DNA from: Tepidiformaceae bacterium | GTDB taxonomy: Bacteria > Chloroflexota > Dehalococcoidia > Tepidiformales > Tepidiformaceae | NCBI GenBank assembly: GCA_051306275.1 | Contig: JBPPMX010000281.1 | Location: 1-38,565, forward strand | Direction: 5' to 3' | DNA: 38,565 nt | Shown here: in pieces, positions 13,544 to 21,017 of the stretch | How the letters are laid out: each line of letters opens with the position of its first letter | Position numbering within the stretch: the first letter of the stretch is position 1 | Notes under the pieces: generated by a model | The model's input: only the letters and a program-made list of their open reading frames with translations | Databases searched by the model: none | Told to the model about the DNA's origin: nothing | Translations under genes and position numbers: made by a program

Positions 13544-14507
13544 CCGGCCCGGCACTGATGCTGTGACCCTCTATCGATCTGTCCTGGACCTGATCGGGAA
13601 CACCCCGCTCGTGGAGTTGCAGTCGCTCGCTCCGCGCCCGGATGTGCACGTATACGCGAAGCTCGAAGGGCAGAACCCGACGGGTTCGGTGAAGGACCGG
13701 ATCGCGAAGTACATGATCGAGGCAGCGGAGTCGCGAGGCGACCTGAAAAAGGGCGACACGATCCTCGAACCGACATCGGGAAATACCGGGATCGGGCTCG
13801 CGATGATCGGGCGGGTGAAGGGCTATCACGTCGTGTGCGTGATGCCGGAGAACGTGAGCGCGGAGCGGACCCAGCTCCTGCGGGCGTTCGGGGCGGAGAT
13901 CATCTACACGCCGGGCGACCTCGGTTCGAACGGGGCGATCGCACACGCGAAGCAAGTGGTGGCAGAGAACCCGGGGCGCTACTACTTCCCCTACCAGTAC
14001 GGGAACGAAGCGAATCCTCGAGCCCATTACGAGACGACGGGGCCGGAGATCATGCGCGACCTCCCCCAGACGACGGTCTTCGTGGCAGGCCTTGGCACGG
14101 GCGGGACGCTGACCGGGACAGGACGCTACCTGAAGGATCAGAACCCCGCGATCCGGGTGATCGCGGCGGCACCGCACCCGGGGGATGCGGTCCAGGGGCT
14201 GCGAGCGCTCGAGGACGGGTTTATCCCGGAGATCTTCGATGAGTCGGTCCTCGACGGGAAGATCGTTGTGGATAGCGCTTCGAGCTTCGCGATGTCGAAG
14301 GACCTGACGCAGCGCGAGGGGCTGTTCGTGGGCGTTAGCTGTGGCTCGGTGGTGAAGGCGGCGCTGAAGGTGGCAGAACGGCTGCCCGGCGAGCAGCACA
14401 TTGTGTGTCTGCTGGCGGACGGTGGCTGGAAGTACCTTTCTTCGAACCTGTGGACGACCGAGTGGGAAGACCAGCCCGAGGATGTCGAGAGCAAGATCTG
14501 GTGGTAG
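13527..14507 (+). CDS. cysM: Cysteine synthase B-type PLP enzyme (CysM, predicted thiocarboxylate-dependent)
   Basis: NPTGSVKDRIAKYMI, EPTSGNTGIGLAMIGRVKGY, GLGTGGTLTG. The start is TTG 13527 (overlapping cysO) or GTG 13563. Confidence 0.85.
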   Translation: MRAAPDRPGTDAVTLYRSVLDLIGNTPLVELQSLAPRPDVHVYAKLEGQNPTGSVKDRIAKYMIEAAESRGDLKKGDTILEPTSGNTGIGLAMIGRVKGYHVVCVMPENVSAERTQLLRAFGAEIIYTPGDLGSNGAIAHAKQVVAENPGRYYFPYQYGNEANPRAHYETTGPEIMRDLPQTTVFVAGLGTGGTLTGTGRYLKDQNPAIRVIAAAPHPGDAVQGLRALEDGFIPEIFDESVLDGKIVVDSASSFAMSKDLTQREGLFVGVSCGSVVKAALKVAERLPGEQHIVCLLADGGWKYLSSNLWTTEWEDQPEDVESKIWW

Positions 14508-14589
14508 GCGGTCAGGAGGCCGGGGCGGTTTCCCGTTGGGGCAGCGCGGGTGATCCTCAGCATCACTACGTGATGGCAGGTATGCGTTC

Positions 14590-16062
14590 ATGACGGATCG
14601 CCGGGTGCTGATGGTTGCGCTGGACGGACTCGAGATCTCGGTGCTCCGCCGGGCGATGGCGGCGGGCAGACTGCCGAACCTGAAAGCGTACGCCGAGGCG
14701 GCGACCGAGCTCTCGGTGCAGTCGGACGGTGAGCGGCTTGAAGGAACGGTCTGGCCGACGTTCACGACCGGCACGCCACCGGGACATCACGGACACCACT
14801 GGTTCTTCCAGTGGGCGCCCGACGAGGGGCGTTTCATCGACACGGCGGACGAGCGGTTCGCGGTGACGCCGTTCTGGAAGGCGGCGACATCGGTGGGGAA
14901 GCGTGTGACGGTCTTCGACCTGCCATATACGCTCCCGACAGGCGACGCGAGTGAGCGGTTGTTCACCGGTTGGGGAGTCCAGGACGAGATGGCGCAGCAT
15001 GCGAATCCGCCGTCGTTCAAGCGCGAGATCATCAAGAAGCACGGGCGGAGCAAGGTAGAGAAGGACACGCTCCTGGTGCGGACGCCGGAGGACCGGTTGA
15101 AGCTGGCCCGCCGGATGCGGGCGGGCGCGAGACAGCGATCACGCGTGCTGGTTGACCTGGCAGGACGCCGGGACTGGGACCTGATGCTGTTCGGGTTCGG
15201 GGAGTACCACCTGAGCGGACACCACCTCGCGATGCCGATGCAGCTTTCGCCGAAGGTCGACAACGAGGCCGCGATGATCGGCACCCTGCAGCCGATCGAC
15301 GATGCGTGGCCGGAGATCGTGAAGGCGGCGGGCGACGACTGCGATATCTTCCTGTTCGCGCTCCACGGCATGCAGCCGAAGGTCTCGTACCCAGAAGCAG
15401 TGCAGCACGTCCTGGAGGAGATGCAGGGCAAGCCACAGGCAGGGCCGCCAAAAGACGACATCCTCCGGAAGGCGCGAAACCTCATGCCAGAGAGCGTGCA
15501 CCGCGCCATCTGGCTTCGGCTGCCAGCCTCGATGCGACTCCAACGGATGATCCAGGCGTGGATGGCGAGGATGGACGTGGAACACGACCCGGTGTTCGTC
15601 CTCGAGGGGGACTGCGCGGTCGCGCTCCGGGTAAACGAGGAGGGACGGGAGAAGTACGGGGTCGTGCCCGCCAGCGAATCCCGGGCGATGCTCGACCGCG
15701 TGTTCGCCGAGGTTGGGCGCTATACCACCCCGGACGGCGAACTACCGTTCGTCGATATGCTGGTGACGAGCGAGATCTTCCCCGGGCCGCGGAGCTACCT
15801 TCTCCCGGATGGGATGCTCATCTACAACCCGGCGGTACAGGGACTGCGCGAGATGACGCGAGACGACGGCTTCAAGGTGGAGCTGGTCAATCCGACAAGC
15901 CGGAACGGGATCCACACCGGGACGGGGTTCGCCTTCTACCGGCCGGGGACCGAGACAACGGTAAAGCGAGACGAGATCGACAACCTCGACTTCGCTCCGA
16001 CGGCACTCAAAAGGCTCGGCGTCGAGCCGGGCCCAGCACTCACGGGAACGCCATTCGCCTAG
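14590..16062 (+). CDS. Alkaline-phosphatase superfamily protein (type I phosphodiesterase/nucleotide pyrophosphatase-like)
   Basis: N-terminus VLMVALDGLEISVLRRAMAAGRLPNLKAY...TVWPTFTTGTPPGHHG matches the metal-ligand and nucleophile region of the family. Confidence 0.6.
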   Translation: MTDRRVLMVALDGLEISVLRRAMAAGRLPNLKAYAEAATELSVQSDGERLEGTVWPTFTTGTPPGHHGHHWFFQWAPDEGRFIDTADERFAVTPFWKAATSVGKRVTVFDLPYTLPTGDASERLFTGWGVQDEMAQHANPPSFKREIIKKHGRSKVEKDTLLVRTPEDRLKLARRMRAGARQRSRVLVDLAGRRDWDLMLFGFGEYHLSGHHLAMPMQLSPKVDNEAAMIGTLQPIDDAWPEIVKAAGDDCDIFLFALHGMQPKVSYPEAVQHVLEEMQGKPQAGPPKDDILRKARNLMPESVHRAIWLRLPASMRLQRMIQAWMARMDVEHDPVFVLEGDCAVALRVNEEGREKYGVVPASESRAMLDRVFAEVGRYTTPDGELPFVDMLVTSEIFPGPRSYLLPDGMLIYNPAVQGLREMTRDDGFKVELVNPTSRNGIHTGTGFAFYRPGTETTVKRDEIDNLDFAPTALKRLGVEPGPALTGTPFA

Positions 16063-18146
16063 GTAGCAGCTGCTGCCAGCGAACGGTTGATGTACGCGCG
16101 GGCAAGGTGAAGCTGCTCGTAGGAAACGGCTTCGCCGAGGGACTCACGGAGTGGGGCGAGGGCGCCCACAGCCTCACCGTTGGCAGCCCGGCGAATCCGG
16201 GCAAGGAGCGGCGCGTCGACCCACGGGGAGATGTCGTCGATTTCCCCGGCGGTCACTAGCTGGGCGAGGTGGGCCGCGATCGTGCTGGCGTTCAGGCCGC
16301 GCTGGGCGACGATCTCTTCGAGTGCTTTGCCTTCTCGGTAGAGTTCGAGGGTGCGGCGGACGGTCGCGCCGAGTTCGGAGCCGTCGCGGGCGCGGGTGCC
16401 CTGGGGGCGCGCCGAAGCGGCAGCCGGGGTCCGGACAGCCTGCTCGGCGGGCGCGGACGCACGGGTGAGCGCGAGGAATGCCTCGCCGTAACGCTCCCAC
16501 TTCACTCGACCGACCCCGGTCACCTGGAGCATCTCGTGCTCGGTGCGCGGGCGAGCGGCGGCCATGGCGCGAAGGGTAGCGTCCGCAAAGATGACGTAGG
16601 GCGGGACGTCCGCGTGGCTGGCGATCTGGCGGCGGAGCGCGCGGAGGGATTCGAAGAGGTCGGAGTCGACGCCCGGGACGACGTTCGCGGCTGCGGCGGG
16701 CGGGGCGACACATGGGCCGCAATTCCCACACGCGGGCGGGTGTCCAACATCACCGAAGTAGTCGAGGATGCGGGTACGGAGGCAGGTGGCGGACTCGGCG
16801 TACGACTGGATTGAATCAAGCTTGTGGACCGCGTGGGCGCGATGGGCTTCGAGGCCCTTGAGGTCGATCGAGTCTTCGCCATCGGTGCGGACCGGCCAGA
16901 CCATCTGCCCGCGGCGGCCGGCAAGGCCAGAATCGACGAGCGCCTGGACTGCGGCGTTGATGCCAGGCTCCTCGTCGCTGGTCATGACTTCGCGGATGTG
17001 GACGCGATCCCCAGCGCGGACGAGCGCACGGTAGACATCGAGTACGGTTTCGGGCGCCGGATGGGCGAGGTCGATGAAGAACTCCCGGAGGGACCGATCG
17101 CGGGGCGCGTAGAGAAGGATGCATTCGGCTGGCTCGCCATCACGGCCGGCGCGGCCCGCCTCCTGGTAGTACGACTCCATCGAGTCGGGGAGGTCGTGAT
17201 GGAAGACGAGGCGGATATCCGGCTTGTCGATGCCCATTCCGAAGGCGTTCGTCGCGACAATGACACGCACCGAGTCACGCGCAAAGGCGTCCTGGATGCG
17301 GCGGCGGTCGGCGTCTTCCATGCCTGCGTGGTAGCGGGCGCAGCGCACGCCAGCGCGCTGAAGGGCATCGGTAACTTCCTCGGTCTTCTTGCGGGTCGCG
17401 CAGTAGACGATTGCGGACGCGTCCTTCAGGGCCTTGATGCGCTCGGCGATGATTGGGAGCTTGTCCTTCTGGTTGCGGACGCGAATGACATCGAAGCGAA
17501 GGTTCGGACGGTCGAAGCCGGCAACGTGTACGTCGGGCGAGCGGAGCTCCAGCCGTTCGATGACATCGGCGCGGACGCGCGCGTCGGCGGTCGCTGTGAG
17601 GGCGACGATCGGGGGGTTCCCGATGGCAGGCCGGACACGAGCGAGGTCGCGATAGGAGGGGCGAAAGTCGTGGCCCCACTGGGAGATGCAGTGCGCCTCG
17701 TCAATGGCGAGGAGGGCGACGCGCATCCCACGGAGGACGGACATGAAGGCGCCGTCGTCGAAGCGTTCGGGGGCGACGTAGAGGAGGCGAATCTGTCCCG
17801 AGCCAGCTTCGCGGAGGGTCGCGAGCTGGTCGTCGCGGGACATCGACGAGTTGATGGCGGCCGCGGCGACGCCGGCATCGCGAAGGGCGTCGACCTGGTC
17901 TTTCATGAGCGCGAGAAGCGGCGAGACGACCAGCGTGAGCCCCTCCGTGTTGACGAGCGCCGGGAGCTGGTAGCAGATGCTCTTGCCCGCGCCCGTTGGC
18001 ATCACGGCAAGGGTGTCGTGGCCGAGGAGGACGCTGGCGATGACGTCACGCTGTCCGGGGCGGAACTCGGTGTAGCCGAAGGTCTCCCGGAGGACAGCGC
18101 GGGCGGAGGCGAGGAGGCGGGATTCGGGGTCCAGGACAGCGGTCAC
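16059..18146 (-). CDS. recQ: ATP-dependent DNA helicase RecQ with zinc-binding, HRDC and an extra C-terminal HTH-like domain
   Basis: MPTGAGKSICYQLPA, LLAIDEAHCISQWGHDFRPSY, Cys cluster CLRT...CGNCGPC, an HRDC block (VPPYVIFADATLRAMA) and a C-terminal tail (NASTIAAHLAQLVTAGEI). Confidence 0.9.
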   Translation of the reverse strand: MTAVLDPESRLLASARAVLRETFGYTEFRPGQRDVIASVLLGHDTLAVMPTGAGKSICYQLPALVNTEGLTLVVSPLLALMKDQVDALRDAGVAAAAINSSMSRDDQLATLREAGSGQIRLLYVAPERFDDGAFMSVLRGMRVALLAIDEAHCISQWGHDFRPSYRDLARVRPAIGNPPIVALTATADARVRADVIERLELRSPDVHVAGFDRPNLRFDVIRVRNQKDKLPIIAERIKALKDASAIVYCATRKKTEEVTDALQRAGVRCARYHAGMEDADRRRIQDAFARDSVRVIVATNAFGMGIDKPDIRLVFHHDLPDSMESYYQEAGRAGRDGEPAECILLYAPRDRSLREFFIDLAHPAPETVLDVYRALVRAGDRVHIREVMTSDEEPGINAAVQALVDSGLAGRRGQMVWPVRTDGEDSIDLKGLEAHRAHAVHKLDSIQSYAESATCLRTRILDYFGDVGHPPACGNCGPCVAPPAAAANVVPGVDSDLFESLRALRRQIASHADVPPYVIFADATLRAMAAARPRTEHEMLQVTGVGRVKWERYGEAFLALTRASAPAEQAVRTPAAASARPQGTRARDGSELGATVRRTLELYREGKALEEIVAQRGLNASTIAAHLAQLVTAGEIDDISPWVDAPLLARIRRAANGEAVGALAPLRESLGEAVSYEQLHLARAYINRSLAAAAT

Positions 18147-18185
18147 GGACGCGATTCTAGAACATTTGAGCGAAACGTGCGAACG

Positions 18186-18350
18186 CTAGCGGATGACGAG
18201 AGCAACAGCCGCCACGAGAACCGCCGCCAGGATCGCGGAGCGAATGGCAGTCCAGCCGACCGGAAGCTGGTCCGGAAAGGCGACACGGGCCGCGACAGCG
18301 ATCAGGCCGAGGAGCGGAAGGACGGTCGCGGCGAAGAGAGCAGAAGACAT
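18186..18350 (-). CDS. Unlisted 54-aa two-TM small membrane protein (below the ORF-track size cutoff)
   Basis: My own translation of the minus strand: MSSALFAATVLPLLGLIAVAARVAFPDQLPVGWTAIRSAILAAVLVAAVALVIR. It sits between DUF3052 (18-nt gap) and recQ (39-nt gap) on the same strand. The RBS is weak. Confidence 0.35.
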   Translation of the reverse strand: MSSALFAATVLPLLGLIAVAARVAFPDQLPVGWTAIRSAILAAVLVAAVALVIR

Positions 18351-18368
18351 GCGACCTTCGAGGTTAGC

Positions 18369-18833
18369 TCAGGGCCGGCGGAGGAGCGAAGGGCGAAGCT
18401 CCTTTCGCCACACGAAGCGGAGACCGGACCAGGTGTCATCGATGGCGCATACCTTGTTGTCGACGAGTCCGCTGGGGAGGCAGACCTCCCGAAGCGTGTC
18501 TTCGGTGATGTCCGTCGGAACTCCGGATGTGCGCTTTGGCCAGGCGATCCAGAGTCCGCCGTCCGGCGCTATCCGGTGGGCGAGTTCCAGGTAGCTCGAT
18601 TCGACGGCGGCGCGCTTAGTCGCGAAGAAGAGCGCAATATCGACCGGCCCGGTGGATGCGGACGCAAGGGCCACGCCATCCGGTAGGGGCCCCAGCGTCG
18701 CAGGGAAGTCTGGAGGGGCTTCAACCAACGCGAGGCTCGAGCCTGGCCTGATGCCGAGCTTCTTTGGAAGCGGCGTGCCCGAATAACCAGCCACGGGTGG
18801 AGTGTAGCCGGGACCGCGGTCGCGTAGGGGCAT
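18369..18833 (-). CDS. DUF3052-family protein
   Basis: The N-terminal AGYSGTPLPKKLGIRPGS motif and overall length (154 aa) are typical of DUF3052. Confidence 0.6.
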   Translation of the reverse strand: MPLRDRGPGYTPPVAGYSGTPLPKKLGIRPGSSLALVEAPPDFPATLGPLPDGVALASASTGPVDIALFFATKRAAVESSYLELAHRIAPDGGLWIAWPKRTSGVPTDITEDTLREVCLPSGLVDNKVCAIDDTWSGLRFVWRKELRPSLLRRP

Positions 18834-18937
18834 GAATACCCATATCGAAAGAGAGGGCGACGATGCGGGACTGACTGCGCGCTAACCGGGCACGTGGCAC
18901 GATTGAGGAGATTTCGAACGCAGAAGGAGCGGACGCC

Positions 18938-19516
18938 ATGAGTACCGTCCAGCCGTTTCCAGGGCAGAACTTCCCGAACATCCCGGGCAAGCCGCTCGAA
19001 CTCGAAGGCGTAGCGAAGGCGCTCCTCGCGATGTCATACGGCGTCCATGTCATCGGTTCGCACGATGGCGAAGGCGAGATGAACGCGATGCTTGCGGACT
19101 GGGTGATGCAGGTTTCGTTCAAGCCCCGGCTCGTGGCGGCGTCGATCGAGAACGACGCGCGCACGCTGAAGAACATCCGGGCGACCGGGGTGTTCAGCGT
19201 GAACCTTCTGCACGAGAAAGATGGCGCGGAGATCGCGCGGAAGGTCGTGATGCCGCACGACTCCTCGAAGATCAAAGGGCGGAGCGGGGAGAACGCAACC
19301 GCGCTCGTCGACAAGCTCGCAGCGCTGAATTATGTCGTGAGCGAGGACGGCTGTCCGCTGCTCAACGATGCGCTCGGGTGGTACAGCTGCAAGGTGACGC
19401 AGATCGTCACCGCGGGCGATCACACAGTGGTGATCGGCGAAGCGTACGACGGTGAGCTCGTGCGGTCCGGGGATATGCTGATCGAGCGGGAGCTGGGCTG
19501 GGAGTACGGGGGATAG
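18938..19516 (+). CDS. Flavin reductase-like FMN-binding split-barrel protein
   Basis: AMSYGVHVIGSHDGEGEMNAMLADWVMQVSFKPRLVAASI...TGVFSVNLL...GDHTVVIGEA is the flavin reductase domain pattern. Confidence 0.7.
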   Translation: MSTVQPFPGQNFPNIPGKPLELEGVAKALLAMSYGVHVIGSHDGEGEMNAMLADWVMQVSFKPRLVAASIENDARTLKNIRATGVFSVNLLHEKDGAEIARKVVMPHDSSKIKGRSGENATALVDKLAALNYVVSEDGCPLLNDALGWYSCKVTQIVTAGDHTVVIGEAYDGELVRSGDMLIERELGWEYGG

Positions 19517-19581
19517 GTCACGGGCACAGGTCACAGGCAGGAGGGTGGCCCGGGGAAGGGTCGGACCTCTCGCAACCAGAC

Positions 19582-19617
19582 TGGTCATGTGATGTGACTG
19601 GTCATATCATGTGACCA
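19582..19617 (+). promoter_or_regulatory. Candidate promoter plus tandem inverted-repeat operator of the phd/vapC operon (leaderless)
   Basis: TGGTCA (19582-19587)-N17-TATCAT (19605-19610) places the TSS at about the A of ATG 19617. IR1 is GTCA-N7-TGAC (19584-19598). IR2 is TGGTCA-N7-TGACCA (19599-19617), ending on the start codon. Confidence 0.4.
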
Positions 19618-19880
19618 TGAGAGAAATCGGTGCGGCCGAATTCAAGGCGAAGTGCCTGGAGATACTCGATCACGTAGACCCGGATGGGATCGTGATCACG
19701 AAGCGGGGGAAGCCGGTTGCGCGGCTGATGCCGATTGAAAACGACCCGCGACGGTGGATCGGATCCCTCAGAGGGAAGGTTCGCGTCGACCCCGAGGACG
19801 ACCTGTTTTCGACGGGCATCCGGTGGGAGGCGGAGGACGGACTTATTGACGGCAGCCCGGCTGATGAGCCCGGTGATTAA
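19617..19880 (+). CDS. Phd/YefM-family type II antitoxin
   Basis: MREIGAAEFKAKCLEILDHVDPDGIVITKRGKPVARLMP is a typical Phd/YefM N-terminus. The ORF track offers GTG 19611; ATG 19617 is preferred. Confidence 0.75.
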   Translation: MREIGAAEFKAKCLEILDHVDPDGIVITKRGKPVARLMPIENDPRRWIGSLRGKVRVDPEDDLFSTGIRWEAEDGLIDGSPADEPGD

Positions 19881-20238
19881 TCTCGACACACATATCGTCC
19901 TCGATCTGCTGGAAGGTAGATTGAAAACCGCGGAGCGGGCAGCACTCGAAGCCGATCAGGAGTGGTGTATCGCGGACATTGTCCTGTTTGAGATCGCGAT
20001 GCTCGAAAGCCGGCGCCGTATCGCAATGTCCCTCGATCAGGCCGAGTTCGTGGGGTTCCTCGGCGACGTACGGGTGGTACCTGTCGACCTCCGGATTGCG
20101 AGAGCCGTTCGAGCACTCGACTTCCGATCGGAGCCGGCCGACATGCTCATTGCAGCCACAAGCCTGGCAGAGGACGTCCCCCTGATGACTCGAGACGGTC
20201 GCATTCGCGGATCGCGACTCTTGCGATTCGCGGTCTGA
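19864..20238 (+). CDS. vapC: PIN-domain ribonuclease toxin (VapC family)
   Basis: INLDTHIVLDLL (first acidic residue), FEIAML, ADMLIAATSLAEDVPLMTRD. It overlaps the antitoxin by 17 nt. Confidence 0.75.
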   Translation: MSPVINLDTHIVLDLLEGRLKTAERAALEADQEWCIADIVLFEIAMLESRRRIAMSLDQAEFVGFLGDVRVVPVDLRIARAVRALDFRSEPADMLIAATSLAEDVPLMTRDGRIRGSRLLRFAV

Positions 20239-20241
20239 CGC

Positions 20242-21015
20242 CTATCCCAGAAGCGGGCCTTTGTCCGAGGCGATGATCATGGACTGGATGGGCAGGAAGC
20301 CGCTGGCGAGGGCGGTGCGGTGGGAGCGGAGGTTGGTGGGGGCGCAGTAGTAGGTGGCGATCATGTCCCGGGCGAGGATCTCGGCGGCCACGCGCTGGAC
20401 GACAAGAGGGGCGCGGCCTAGGCCCCGCGCGCCGCGGGCGACATCGACGCCGATCTCGACCACGCCCGGGCCATCGTCCCAACCACCGGCGCAGGCGAGC
20501 GGATCACCGGAGTCGCCGGTGAGGATGACGCCGAAGTGCCAGATGGTGTTGTGGTCGTCGGTTGGGTCGCCGAGGGCGTTCTCGAAGATGCGGCGGGGGT
20601 ACCACTCAGCCCGCCAGTCGGAATCGACAACGCGGGGGGTCAGGCCGGCGCCCACCGCCCCCGAGTGGGGTTCGGTCGCTGGGGTGAAGCCGAGATTGGG
20701 CCCACGGGCGGTGAGCTTGCGGCCGCGGCACGCGCCCTCCGCGACAAGCCCTTCGAGGAAGAATGGGTACTTGAAGAGGTTGTAGTGCGGCTCGGGCGCG
20801 TTCGCCTCGGCCCACTCGCGATAGGACTCGTCGATGCTCAGGACCGTGCCGGTGCCGAAGGTGATCGCTATCGCGAGGATCGGCTCGCGCGCCGGCACTG
20901 GGCGCGGTACGACCACGAGACGGTTCTTCGTGAAGTCGTCCACGGCACAGCCGAGGTCAGCGGCACGGAGGTCGCGCAGGGCGCGGTCGTGCTTGCGGAA
21001 GAGGTCGGTGACCAT
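20242..21015 (-). CDS. GNAT-family N-acetyltransferase (C-terminal GNAT core, about 257 aa)
   Basis: VEIGVDVARGARGLGRAPLVVQRVAAEIL...YYCAPTNLRSHRTALASGF is the acetyl-CoA motif A region. ATG 21015 lies 2 nt after the pckA stop; the longer 395-aa ORF would overlap pckA. Confidence 0.65.
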   Translation of the reverse strand: MVTDLFRKHDRALRDLRAADLGCAVDDFTKNRLVVVPRPVPAREPILAIAITFGTGTVLSIDESYREWAEANAPEPHYNLFKYPFFLEGLVAEGACRGRKLTARGPNLGFTPATEPHSGAVGAGLTPRVVDSDWRAEWYPRRIFENALGDPTDDHNTIWHFGVILTGDSGDPLACAGGWDDGPGVVEIGVDVARGARGLGRAPLVVQRVAAEILARDMIATYYCAPTNLRSHRTALASGFLPIQSMIIASDKGPLLG

Positions 21016-21017
21016 GC

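Noticed and set aside
16824-18686. 620-aa plus-strand ORF opposite recQ
   Set aside because: It is antisense to a complete RecQ. Its composition is dominated by G/A/D/E/R/V with no motifs. It also runs through the small ORF and DUF3052 on the other strand.
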